A stretch of 64,000 nt of DNA from Trichoplax sp. H2 (lineage: Eukaryota). Shown in pieces: positions 50,896 to 64,000 of the stretch. Each line of letters begins with the position of its first letter. Within the stretch, counting starts at the first letter, position 1. Position numbers and translations under genes: made by a program. The notes under the pieces are model-generated. The model saw nothing but the letters and a program-made list of their open reading frames with translations, was not told where the DNA came from and searched no databases. The stretch spans positions 62,001 through 126,000 of the forward strand of contig NOWV01000021.1 in the NCBI GenBank assembly GCA_003344405.1. Direction: 5' to 3'.

Positions 50896-52593
50896 ATGGA
50901 TCCTTTATCTGTTAGTCAAGAAATTCAGAAATCAGGTATTAACACCCAAAGGAATAATCGAATGCATCGTCAATGTGAAAACTTAAATTTGAAAGTTGCC
51001 AAGCAAAAGTGGGGAAGTCCGTATAATCAAAGTTTTCTTATCATCCAATGGGATACTTCTTGGCAGCCCGGGGAATTCGATTTTATAGCAGTATTTAATA
51101 AGATTCCAAAATCACCTTTTAATCATTTACCACGTCAGTACTATTGGATCAAGTACGCTAGAAATAATACCATTGTAACTGATGTTGTATATAGGCAAAA
51201 TTTATATTACTATGTAGTCTACTATACCTATAAACGCAATCCTGCAAGTTTGCAAGGATTTGGTTTTACTCCTGTGAAAGTCATATGGATTTATAATAAT
51301 CTGACCAACTTGCCTGCCATGCAAGATGACTCTGGTTATGCAGCTCAGCCTCATCCTAGAATTAGTCCTCAAGATGTTAACATCAAAGAAAGTGTTATAC
51401 AATTACAGGACAGCCAGAACTATACTAATCATTATCCTTTCTTGACAGCTTCTGGTCAGCACACATTAGACATTGGAATTGACTTAAGTTTAACGTTTAA
51501 TTTAAACTGGTATCATCCTCATGATGTGGACAAGTGGGATTATGTCGCTATTTATAATCATGATCCTAAGAATGTTAGTGGTTACATTGCAAATCAGTGG
51601 TGTTGGGTAAGTGATTACAAAACTGGATTCTGTAATACAGGTGTTCAATTTGATCGCCAGCATCATTATTTTGCCGCCTACATTAGTTATGATTATCATG
51701 CCAAAAAATATGTTATTAAAGAGTCTATGAAATATCCCAATCATAGCCACTGGATGAGTGATTTAAAGAACTCCATTAGTAAAGTAAAACTAAGAGATCT
51801 AATCCTTCCTGGAACCCATGATTCTGCTTGTTATGATATGGTATTTTCTTTAGCGGATTCGTGGACGCAAACCCAATCCGAAACGTTCGAGAATCAACTT
51901 TTAGATGGAATACGCTATTTTGATTTACGCACAGAATATAAGAAAGGCAGTAAGGATAAATTTCGCTTCGTACATAATACGTGGCTAACTACTACTAGTG
52001 TACCAAATTTTCTGCAATCAGTAAAGACCTTTGTCTCTAAATATCAAGAAATTATAATACTAGATTTTAATCACTTTTATTATTTCAATGCGAATATCCA
52101 TGATGAATTAATTGAAGTAATCATGAAGCATATTGGCAATGATATGGCTCCAATAAGTTTCACACAAGATGTTATTATTGGCAAAATGTGGGATCAAAAT
52201 AAGCGTATTATTGTAGCTTATGATGGTAAAAGTCAATCATTAAAGAATCGAAACAATAAGAAATTGTGGCCAGCCATTCGATCAGTATGGCCCAATGTAG
52301 ATCATGTTCAAGATGCTAAGAAGAAACTTGATCAAGAAGTTGATCGTAATCATACCAGTCTATGGGTTCTACAGGGAATTCTAACGCCTCTATCAGAGTC
52401 AATAATACCTTTTAGCGTTCAACATTTAGCCAATACTATGAATTCAAATCTAAATACTTGGTTAGAGAACGATTGGCTACATAAAAGTATCAACATAGTT
52501 ATTTCAGATTTTTATCTAGGTAACAATGTAGTATCAATTGCAGTGCAAAGAAATCAAGCTAAAGACCGTGCTCTAAATGTAACAATTGGATAA
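50896..52593 (+). CDS. PI-PLC X-domain (PLCXD/bacterial PI-PLC-like) phosphodiesterase with two tandem N-terminal modules; intronless CDS
   Basis: 565-aa ORF: WMSDL.....KLRDLILPGTHDSACY, TQTQ.....QLLDGIRYFDLR, FVH (both catalytic His positions), FV..YQEIIILDF, LWVLQGILTP, INIVISDFY. Confidence 0.92.
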   Translation: MDPLSVSQEIQKSGINTQRNNRMHRQCENLNLKVAKQKWGSPYNQSFLIIQWDTSWQPGEFDFIAVFNKIPKSPFNHLPRQYYWIKYARNNTIVTDVVYRQNLYYYVVYYTYKRNPASLQGFGFTPVKVIWIYNNLTNLPAMQDDSGYAAQPHPRISPQDVNIKESVIQLQDSQNYTNHYPFLTASGQHTLDIGIDLSLTFNLNWYHPHDVDKWDYVAIYNHDPKNVSGYIANQWCWVSDYKTGFCNTGVQFDRQHHYFAAYISYDYHAKKYVIKESMKYPNHSHWMSDLKNSISKVKLRDLILPGTHDSACYDMVFSLADSWTQTQSETFENQLLDGIRYFDLRTEYKKGSKDKFRFVHNTWLTTTSVPNFLQSVKTFVSKYQEIIILDFNHFYYFNANIHDELIEVIMKHIGNDMAPISFTQDVIIGKMWDQNKRIIVAYDGKSQSLKNRNNKKLWPAIRSVWPNVDHVQDAKKKLDQEVDRNHTSLWVLQGILTPLSESIIPFSVQHLANTMNSNLNTWLENDWLHKSINIVISDFYLGNNVVSIAVQRNQAKDRALNVTIG

Positions 52594-54655
52594 AGATTAT
52601 TTATAATCTGATCGTTGACTACATTTTATTCTTGTAGGATCCTCTAATGTTTATTTTAAGACTAAAAAGTATATATACGCATGTAGCTATCGAACTGCTA
52701 ACTGATAAGGTCGTATAGCAGACTATAAATAGAAAATAATGAAAATATCATATCTGTGAAATTACAGTACTGCCCTACAGTGTACTTGCAAATGTTCACA
52801 TTAAAATTAGTTCATAGAACTACCATTCCTAAGTACATTAAATTACTAAATTACTATTCCATCATCATGAGAGTTCTTAACGTTAAAATGTTTGTCATTT
52901 ATATTGATTTCCGTACTATAAAATTTTTATTGTAAGACATGCCATTAATATTATCAATGGTCGATATAAACAGTTTCTTGGATTAGAATTTGAGATGAAT
53001 CATACATTACTCAACAATCGCCTATTTAAGGTGTTTAAGCGTTTACATTTAATAGGATACAGATTTTAAAAAGCAGTTCAAACCTGTTTTCAAATTCGAT
53101 TATACGCATATTTCGTTAGAAAATGAATAAACTAATAGAAGAAGTAAGATACTCGTGTTAGATAAGATATGTTTTGAATAAGTCTCTCACTTCAGTGATA
53201 ATTTTATGCTTTTTGTTGAACTATGATGGCAGGACAAGTTGACCAAAGTCACTTTTTAAACTTTGTCACTTCTGTAATAAGATTTAAGGGATTCTTTGAA
53301 GTATTTGATTACTCAAAATAAAATTTCACTACAAGATTTGATGTATATTAATTAATACTGAATCCATACCAAGTCCAGAGTAGTACAATTTTCATTTTAA
53401 TGAGAAATATAGAAAGTTGTTGTAATATAACTGAAAGCGATACAGAGATGGACAATCTTTCATATCTGCAGTAGTTTAAGGCGTTCAAAAGGTGTACTTG
53501 GCCATAGCTTTAATGACTTTCATATACGCGTATTGTAAATTACAGTTTTTGTACTTCATCCTGGTAAAATTGAATTTGTAAATATTGTTTTGTGCATTTG
53601 AATGATAAGCAATGATATGCATAACACACTATGACTTTAAAGGCTCAGTAATTATAGAATTTAAATAGAAGTTTGTATCGTTATGCCTTTTTCAGTGAAC
53701 GTAATAATTTACTGAATTGATCGGTAAATGGTGGCATATAATAGTAATAATAAATTATACCGCGGTAATTATGGGATCCTAATACGCAAATTATATCCAA
53801 TCATTTCCTCTTATATAAGCCTAATAGAAGGCTTATATTATTATTAAAATTTAAATATTTTAAACCATTTCAAATGCATACTATACGTTTAAGCTGTAAT
53901 CAGTGTCCAGAATAAAACAGGCCAGAATAGCTTTTGTATTATGAAGCATTTCTCTGTCAGTTAAGTAAAGAAAAATTTAAAATAAATATGCTTATTAAAT
54001 TGTAACTCAGCATTTTACTTGAATTAAAGTCCTTCGAAAATTTCCTTAGGAATCTAATTGTGCTAATACAGCATAACGTGAATAAGATGAATGTAAAATA
54101 AGTTTAACCTATACGTGTAGCCTAAGGGATGATATGATATGATTTATGGGCGGGTGAAATGCAGCATAGTTGATAACTTATTTAGGTATTTCTATATGTT
54201 TGCGTTTTAATTAATCATGGTTGTAGAAAAACGACATATACTAAATAGGATTTGCAATAGTGATAATTAGGCTAATCTTTGCTTCTGATTCATTCATCTA
54301 TCTTAGAGTGGCCAATTTCCGGGTTTGTACTTTATAGTTTTTATTTAATCATGTAGTAACGTTAATTTTACTCTGACTAACGAGTTTACTTGCAATAATG
54401 TCTTATTGAATTTTGCCAGGCATTAATACGTTTGTTGTAAATAGCCTACGCCTAGGTACGCTATAGATTGTGCTAGGTGATGTTGCGAAAGGGATGAAAA
54501 GGTGAGTGCGAAAGAAAAATATAGCTAGAGGGAAGATATCATATGACCTGTAAGTGGGAGCAACTTAGCGAGTGGGCTTTCTTAGAAATTATTGTAATAG
54601 CAGAATAGTTATAGTGCTATTCAAGCTACTAATTCACGACAATGGTACTGTTCAG

Positions 54656-55308
54656 TCATTTATTGGCAGTTTTATTGCATAACTGATTTTATAATGATTA
54701 CTTTCAACATTTTATCACGTACCATGATTATAGAAAGCATTCAATGGAATGCCGAAAAAGGCATCTTATTGTAATATACTTGGTAAGATCATTAATTGAT
54801 TTATAAACTGATACAAATAGGTAATTATTACTTTGGTCTATTATTTATATCATTGTAAGACAGTGTAATATTGTATTCTAAGTTGATGATATATTTAGTA
54901 ATGTCTACCGTAGGTGTTGTGTTCAACATGTGATAGATATACTCGTTAGAAGCTTAAGTATTAAATATAGCTAGCTTAGAAGGTGTAATCCTTTTGAAGA
55001 GGAGCGCTACAGTGCTCACACTAGAGCTTCACATGAAAGGTGTAAACTAGCCTGTATTTGAGATGCTAATACTGAAGTGTGTAGTAAGTANNNNNNNNNN
55101 NNNNNNNNNNTCATTTATTGGCAGTTTTATTGCATAACTGATTTTATAATGATTACTTTCAACATTTTATCACGTACCATGATTATAGAAAGCATTCAAT
55201 GGAACGCCGAAAAAGGCATCTTATTGTAATATACTTGGTAAGATCATTAATTGATTTATAAACTGATACAAATAGGTAATTATTACTTTGGTCTATTATT
55301 TATATCAT
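54656..55308. other. Assembly gap (20 N, 55091-55110) flanked by a 198-nt direct duplication
   Basis: 54656-54853 matches 55111-55308 apart from one T/C difference seen (ggaatgccg vs ggaacgccg). Confidence 0.9.
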
Positions 55309-55943
55309 ATATTGGCAATATGCTTGCGCTTATCAGTTTGGAGTCATGGATGTTACCTTTTATATATGATATAAATTATATGCTATTCCATATAATGATA
55401 TTGATTGACCAAGTAATCCTACTATAGACTTAAGGTTACGCATATTTGATTAAAACTTTTTATTGTAAGGATTTATTACAAGTACATTTTTTATTGGCGG
55501 CTACATCAATTACAGAAGTGCTGAAATAGATTTTAAGTCTGATAATTTACCAATAGTTATCAGTATTGTCTTGGTTATACAATATATCGGTTTATATATT
55601 ATACTCGGCGTTTCCATTGCCTAGAAGGGTTCTATTTTCCTTTGATTATCGTCGACTCAATGTGGTCGTGCAATGATTATAACGGCAAGATAGTAACAAT
55701 CGGATGCAATAAGAGTCTTACGATATTAATTGACTTTGAATAATTATTGGATGATTTTATTGCATAATCAAACGATTTCTGGGCGTGGAACTAATGTTAT
55801 GTAAATGATGTCAAAAGATTGATACAAGATACACATAAAATAGGTAAAGGTTGATCTTGTGGCGATTAACCTACCATAAAGCATCGTTTGCTGCCACGAG
55901 CGGATTGTACCTGAGGAGGTAGTAGTAACGATCGCAAAACAAC

Positions 55944-58900
55944 ATGTCGGAAAAACAAGTTCCAGATGTTCAATACAAGGGTAATGGAGAGCAGAAAGGC
56001 TTCTTCGTCAGCTATACTCAATTGGCTATTGCGGTAGTTGTTGTTATCGCAATTACTGTTGCAGTTGGCTTGATTGCAGGATTAACTGGCAATGCAGGAA
56101 GCGGTAGTCAAGCATCAACAGGTGGAACCACTGTTGCAATAACGATGGCTACCACTAAAGCCGCTGCTACGACAAAAGCAACCGTAGCTAGCACTACCAA
56201 AGGCCCAACTGTTAAGCCGACAACCCCAGCACCGCCAAAATATCCTGTTTTGGCTAAAGCTCGTTTACCCACAGATATTAAACCATCCGAATATTATTTT
56301 GAGTTAGACGTCGATATGACTACTTTATCATATACTGGCATCAATGTTATCAACTTTACTGTTGTTAATCCAACCAACATAATTGTCGTCCACATCGATG
56401 GTATTACTGTGACAGGGACTCCACAAGTTAGTACCGATCGCTACTTTAGTACTGGATTGCAGAATGTTATTGATCAAGGCAGCTACGCCAAAAACAACTA
56501 TTACTACACCGTCCTTCAGAGTAACCTGCAGGCTGGTGGCGTATATTATGTTCGGTATACCTATAACGCAAAATTATCTAGCGATCGTAGTGGATTTTAC
56601 AAGTATCAGTACACTAGAGCTTCGGATCGTGCAACTGTGTAAGTATAAAAACTAAAACGATAATGATTCAAATCAATCACTACTATAAGCTATATTTTAA
56701 GAGATAATTTACTCAATTATAAGAACAAATGGAGAGGGAGTTAAACTAGCTAGGAAACATAATATCCTACAGGAGAGAATATAACAATTCTTGCTACGAA
56801 GATTACTCTACAGACCCCCCTACTATTAACTTGTAAACACTTTATTGATGCTAATTTGTGACGGTAAAGTGATCATACCAGCACACAATATCATTTAAGC
56901 TCCCTACTGATTTGATTTATAGTGAAAATGACAGTCTTGAATAATATCATCTTTAGCTATTGATAGAAAATTTTTAGCAACGCTAGATAAGGCGCGTATC
57001 GATGCATGTAAAATCTGGTCACAAATTATGAATTTTAATATAGGCAAATCTAGTTCTTGATAGGTGATTGATGAATACTGCATGTCAAATCATGGTAGCT
57101 ACTTTACAAATATAGAATGAAAAAACTATTGTTATCACAGGTCTTTTACAGAATAATAGAGATTAAGGAGCGTCGTAACTGCTATGGCTAGGCAAAAAAG
57201 TTAGCAAGGAATAAATGCATACATGTACGAGTATGCCCTTATAGTAGGGTCAGTGAATGGAATAAGTTAGTATTTTAGATTACTTTTAAAAACAGCAACT
57301 GTTACGGATAAATTATACTATCGAAAAATCAAATTGGAAAGTATTGAAGTAATTTTGGATGATACGAGAACTGAAGAAGATTGCATAATTTTTATCATAT
57401 TTATATCCCACTGTTCCAATCACTTCAACAGATATTTATGATATCAAAATAGATTGACTAAAAATTCTCGATAACGCATGTTCATGCCCCTCTCTTATCT
57501 TAGCATACCACGATTGAAATGGCTATGCTAGTTTAAAGTTTTAAGTTGAAGTATCTGTTAACTATTTTTTGCAAACAGTGTAGTATTAAGCTAAAAATTG
57601 GCTATTATAAATTATAAATTAATGCAATAGTATTCCGATATGATAGTGACTAGCTTAGCATCGTCATTATCTACTAGTGCTACATAATTAGTCACATGAT
57701 AAAATTAGCATTCCTTAAAAGAATTTTCAAAATATTACGGTAACATTTACCATAACTTCGATTAATAGCTAACATCGCTGACGTCAGGGCGACTCGAGGA
57801 TACTCCTTATCTTATTATCTTTAAAACCTCTTTGTACACCGCGATATAATAGTTTGGGAAAAAATAGCCTATGGACAGATAAATGCGCTTCAGTACGTGC
57901 ATATACTTTTACATTACAGTATACCCACGTATTTAGATATCATATCCGACTGCCCTGGAATATAGGAAAGAGATTATTAAGTTACGGAAGTATATAGAAT
58001 GCTTGCTTACAGAAATTATTATGTAATATAAAATTTCCATTGGATTTACATACGATCTCAAATATCTTGCTAATTGTTAATATTAAACTTTACGAATTAA
58101 ATTGGACGAAGGAATGCTTTTGAAGTAATGGGATATAATAACTAGATCGATCACTGTTGACCGTTATCTTTATTAGCATGATAATAGTGATTGGTACATG
58201 AAGTCTCTGTGATATCTTTATTATATTAATATTTTTCTTATATCAAATTATTGTATTGACCGTTACAGTTTATCGCATTGTCATTAATATCGGATGATTC
58301 AATGTTCGTATGACCACATTATTTGTGTAAAACGTTTTATTTTCAACCAACGTTAAGAGCTATTATTTCCACGCCTTCTATTGTAAACTAAGTTTACTAA
58401 ACGGTGACCTATACTTATTTCCTAGTCTTATTTCCGTTAATAGAAAGACTATGATTACCCTTATAATTGAGATGAAAAAATAAAAGGGGCAAAATAGCAA
58501 AGAACCTACGACGATCATTTCCCGTAAATGAAAAAAATAAAAATATCTCAATTTGAAATTGAGATGTGTAATATCTTAAGAAAAAAGAAAGCTATAACTA
58601 TCTATACTTTTCCTGATATTTATCGACCCTAACTTGCCGGTATTGATGTTAATATGTATTGAAATGATAGTAAAACTGGTAGTATTAACTACCTTCCTTA
58701 GCGGGTTTGACATCACATGTAATAAGTTAAACAACTTGCTTTTGGGTGGGATCGCAATGTCATTATTCCATAATTTAATTTTTCTACGTCTACCTTTATG
58801 CAAACAAATTTACGCTCACTGTTCAAATGTTGCTACTGATAGTGCGTGGATGATTTCCTAAAATAAACATACATAGTTCCTTCAGGTTATACGTATCATG

Positions 58901-61900
58901 ATTTGATCAATACACACATCATTGAATACTTATTATAGCTAAAGGGCAAATTTAATATCAGCACGATATGCAATCGATATGGATAAACGTGACATTGTCA
59001 CAGTTTTTTAATGTTGTCAAGAATAAAATAACCTTACTTTTATAAGGAAAATGATCAAAAACATAAAATTCGATATATAGTGGCTAGCAGTTCTTGAAGA
59101 TTGATTTTCGAGCTGTCCTAGTATAAAATATAGATATTGATGAAATTACTCGCAGTTTATCAGTGCCTAGGAAAAAGTGTTTCTAATCCGTCAATGTTTT
59201 GGTACACAAAATACTAAAAAGTACCGATATTGAAACTAAAAGAGCCGTTATATCGTAGTTGAGTTCAGCTACATACACAAGAAAAATCAAAATTTTAATT
59301 ACTGCAATTAACTATCAAAAGAAAATGTTATTAAATATAATTATAGACAGACTACAATATCTAACAACAGTTTCTACATAATAAAAAGAGATATGGAATA
59401 AAATCACCATAAATTTGGGGGCATAAATCTTTAATGTTTACTAAAATTATTGCCAACTTCAAGAAACGGTAAATGAAATCCTTGAAATTGTAAAGATGCT
59501 TAAAGGCGCTATCAGTGAACGCCAAAATAATAGTTATGGCCAATTTTAGAAAGTTGTCTGAAACATTTACTTGGTAGAACTGTCAGTGATGTAATGATTC
59601 GATAATTTTTCCTTTCCTTAGTTATTCTCTTAGTCATGTACAAAGTGAAAGAGTTTTTGTATCATATCACTAAATCCAAGACAATATGTCTCCGTAACAC
59701 TTGTAATTCTTATTTAATAATCGATTTGTATGAGCCTGTTGTTATACCGCTTACAATATAGATAAATTATAAAAATAATAATATCTTGATAATTTGCATG
59801 ATAGATGGGCTGCAGCAAGTCAATTGGAAGATTTCTACGCAAGAAGAGTTCTTCCATGCTTTGATGAACCCGCAATGAAAGCAACCTTCCAGGCTAATAT
59901 CACGGTACCCAGCAACTACAGTGCCTTATGGAATACCATGAGAACTGGTGTGACTATGATGGGCGATAAGAAGCGCTTTGAATTTTCAAGTAAGTGTTCT
60001 ATAACAGTCATATTATGATCAATTGTCGTAATCATTTGATAGTCCTGAAATGAAAGATTTTCTGATTTTGGGCTAACTAAATTACTTCGTTCTACTTTAC
60101 GGGAATTTAGTCTGCTTTGTTAACTGTATGCGTATATCTATTATTTAGCCAAAACTCCAGTCATGTCCACATACTTAATGGCATTTACTGTTGATGATTT
60201 CGTTAACGTCAATGGTACAACTAATCGTAATACAATGGTAAATAGATATTTAATTTGAGATAGAATCCTCTTTATGATATATTATATATATTATAGTCAT
60301 GTCCTTTCATAATTTTCAATTCAAACATAACAGTTTATTCTTTTTCTGTAGGTTCGCGTATTTTCTCGTCCTGGTATAAAACAATATAGCAATTATGCCC
60401 TTGGAGCTGCTATTAACATTACAGAATATTTTGAGAGTCTTTTTGGCCTAAATTACCAAATGGGCAAACAAGGTAATGGCCTTGATTCTATCAAGAATTT
60501 AATTTAATTTAATTACTATATTACGACTAATGTAGACAGCTGCAGTAAAATTGCCCAAAAATTTGACGAATCTTATTCCATTATATTATTGATAAAACCC
60601 TATAGATCATGTCGCAGTTCCTGTTTTTGCTGCCGGTGCTATGGAAAATTGGGGTCTTATTTTATACCGTGAGGAATTATTAAGCTACGATCCCTACTAC
60701 ATTAACTCCAACGGTCTAGAATCGATTGTTACCGTCATTTCTCACGAATTGGCTCATATGGTAAGTCCATCCAAAACTGACCTGTCAAAATGTACTTTGA
60801 ATTTATTTATTTGGCTATATCCTTACATTGATAATCTATCATTCATTTAGTGGTTTGGTAACTTGGCTACTTTACAATGGTGGAATCATTTGTGGTTAAA
60901 TGAAGCCTTTGCCAACTTTTTCCAGAATTTTGGTGCTGCTCCTTATGAACCAGGCCTGTTCTTAGTAAGTCTATAAGATTTGCACACATTTATTGGCTAG
61001 AATTGTATCAATGGCCACGATTAATTTATTGCTATCTGTAATCGTTATTATTAGATGCAGCAATTTGTTCTGGATAGCGTACAGAGCGGTTTGTCAACTG
61101 ATTCCTCTCCAACCTCTCATCCAATTGTTCCACCTTCCGCATATGGTCCGTTCTTTGATAGAATCACTTATCAGAAGGTATTACTAGCGATAATAAAGTG
61201 TTATAAGCTAAATTTTAAAATTTCATTGATAAAGGCGCAATAAGGAATTATCATACTATTCGTCTTATTTCGATCTGTTAGCTTAAAAAATCTCTTCCAT
61301 TTATTACAATTATAGGGAGGTTCTGTTTTACGTATGTTCCGCGATTATCTTGGTCATGATAACTTTTTCACCGGATTAAGGGTATGCAAATTTAGATTAC
61401 GTATATTAGCTATAGGTATTTATAATACCGCACTCTTCTCTTAGTAAGGTATTTCATTCATTGTTGTATAGCAAGTCATTTTTCATTTCAAGACTACCTG
61501 ACGATTAGCTGTTATTACGATTACATTAATACGAAATAGGGTGATATATTGCGGAGAATTTTAAGGAATTAATAACAATGATGACGACTGATTTGGTGTC
61601 ATCTTATAACGATAATTTAATAGTCTGTGAAAATATTTATTTCTGTGGCTACGATTGTATCAGTTAAAAGCTTGTAGAAAGGTCAACGGAAACTTTCAAT
61701 AAGGAGTTTGGCTAATAATACTGATTAATGCAGTGATTTCGAAAATCTAGAATCATTACTTAACTTTCCCTATTTGCAATGATATTTGTCCCTTTGATTG
61801 TCGGTACATTGTTAAAAAATGTGGATGATCCCACGTTGCATTAGGAATTTTGATGAATAATCGGTATAGCGACGACAAGCTCAATATTCCTAAAACACTT

Positions 61901-63692
61901 AATTAGCTTGGAAAGATATTCTGTAATCTATAAATCAGTTGTTTAGTTTGCGTGTGCAAGCTAGTTGTGAAGTAACATAGTTTCACGGAAGATAACAATT
62001 TTTATTCTATTCACTAGGGCTATTTGAACGATTACTCGTACAGTAATGCCGATACCGTACAACTGTTTGCCTCATTGACTAAAGTAAGTGAACATAACTT
62101 TAATTGTAATTTTGCGTCTATAAATGAAAGATAAAGATGATAGTCATAAGTTGCTGCTACACTTATGGCTCATAAACACTAGCAATGAAATCAATATAAA
62201 AACTTTCATCTATAATACAATATCTACGATGATTAATGCAATATCTGTTTCACTCAATATTAATTTAGGCTGTTGCTCAAAATCCATTTAATATCAGCGA
62301 ATTTTTGGGCCCATGGGTTTACCAGATGGGTTACCCAGTGGTTAATGTAACTCGAGATACACAGAACAATCAAGGTGTTATGACTCAACAAAGGTAACGT
62401 GTAGTTCTTGAACTATCTATATTCTATAATGTTAATAAGAATATGATTTACTAATATGATGATATCATTCCTGAAGCAATCTTGTCCGTTAAAATAATTC
62501 TGTTATGGTTATAGTAATCTGCCTTTACTGAAAGTATTTTATAATAGCTTAGTTCAAATTTAAAAAATTTTCCTCTTCTAAAATCATTTGCATCGATTCA
62601 TAACAGATATCTTAATAACAAGGACGCAAATCCAAGTCAGGAAGGAACTGGATCTCCATATGTGTCACCATACCAGTAAGTAATAATTATCTGCTATATC
62701 TGTAAATCGTAGGACATTTTCATAGAGTTAATCCTAGGGATATAGTAAATTATTTAAAAAGCAATTATAATCTTCTTGAGTTTGTGCGATCTCAATCTAA
62801 TTTCATAAGGAATTTCCAATTAGGAAGAAATAGATAACACTAATATATTAATTGATTTTTGATATGAAGTATCTGAAATCTATTTATGATAAAAATTAAT
62901 TCATATTATTGATAATTATTTCCCTTGACAGATACAAATGGACAATCCCAGTAAACTATTATGATCAAGCATCATCTAACGTCAGACGAGTTGTCTTTGG
63001 AATGAATGATGGTAAAGCCTATATACTGAACAGTTCTATTGAGGAAGTAAACGGTTCATAGATCAACATTTCTAACATTGGTATTTGATTATATAGCTCA
63101 AGCTGTTGTTCCTTGGCCTGCAAATAGCTGGATCAAATTGAATGCTAACCAAATGGGATTCTATCGTGTTATGTATCCAATCGATAACTGGAATCGTCTA
63201 GCTACTGCTTTGCAAAGTAATCTAAATGTAAGTGCAGTAATTAATAAACTAAAATTGTAATGGCCAATATTATATTCGTATAATGACAGCTTCGTTTATG
63301 CCCCCGAAATCGAAAAATATTATATCCTAGCATATTAATCTCCTGTAATCGTATCTCTTTCTAAAATAATTATAGGTGTTGCTGAATACAGACAGAGCTA
63401 ATCTGTTAGATGATGCTTTCACTTTTGCTTTGTACGTATAACTTATCAACAGCCTTGAAAATGCACGATTTTCATAATCTTAAAGAGTACGCTTTAAATA
63501 TCATAATTACTAACATTATGTATCTTCCAACCCGATTCTATTAGGACTAAGCGCCTCGATATTACTGTACCTTTAAGTCTTACCAAGTATATGTCAAATG
63601 AGGTCGACCATCTGCCATGGACCGTTGTTTCCAATAACTTTTTCAACTTTCGGTTACGACTTTCCAACAGACAGTCTTTCCAACATTTTGTG
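55944..63692 (+). CDS. Second M1-family membrane aminopeptidase (aminopeptidase N-like), 3' part beyond the window
   Basis: TM helix, Thr/Ala-rich stalk, [58 protein letters not shown]...[48 protein letters not shown]. Intron positions match the paralog at 37592. Confidence 0.95.
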
Positions 63693-64000
63693 GTAGGTTT
63701 TCCAATGAATATTGTGATAGCAGTAAAATGTTAGATGTATTTTATTGTTAGTATATTTTCCTATAGAATAAAAAGTGATTGATATTAGCAATAAATTTAT
63801 AAGCTTAGCTATCGGATATTTATTTAAATTATGAGTCTGCTTATTGCTTTTACTTATTAAGCTTGCGTTAGAATTCAGTTACAGGATGTAGTATAATTAT
63901 GAGAACATAGTTTGCCATGGTTATAGTTACATGTAGATTTAATTGACTTATATTGTTGATCACTTGTAAGCTGGGCTGAAATCTGAATTAGAATGGCGCT

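Noticed and set aside
56700..59790. Short ORFs in the 3-kb first intron of the second aminopeptidase
   Set aside because: No recognisable nested gene or transposase motifs.

Overview
AT-rich, intron-dense eukaryotic DNA from an animal with many short (~65-120 nt) GT-AG introns; composition and gene style suggest a placozoan such as Trichoplax (inference only). No prokaryotic operons, CRISPR arrays, rRNA or convincing tRNA. Genes rebuilt by manual splicing, in order: 3' end of a TPR protein (+); VIPAS39/SPE-39 (-) carrying a 1092-nt phase-symmetric exon that encodes an unrecognised repeat domain; a stand-alone paralog of that domain just upstream (-); SCFD1/Sly1 (+); PDCD2 (-); ZFYVE19 (+); MRPL40 (-); TTLL5 (+); and an M1 aminopeptidase cluster (one complete gene, one orphan first exon, one gene running off the window) with a PI-PLC X-domain gene with an intronless CDS inside it. 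Non-coding structure: TACAG/CTGTA palindrome-rich tracts at the 5' ends of housekeeping genes, a MITE-like inverted repeat, an array of structured ~120-nt units between MRPL40 and TTLL5, a triplicated splice-acceptor unit in ZFYVE19, several ~185-nt tandem duplications, and an assembly gap flanked by a 198-nt duplication. Best novelty candidate: the ~85-aa repeat domain family, present both as its own gene and as an exon apparently captured by VIPAS39. Exon boundaries were read by eye and may be off by a few bases.
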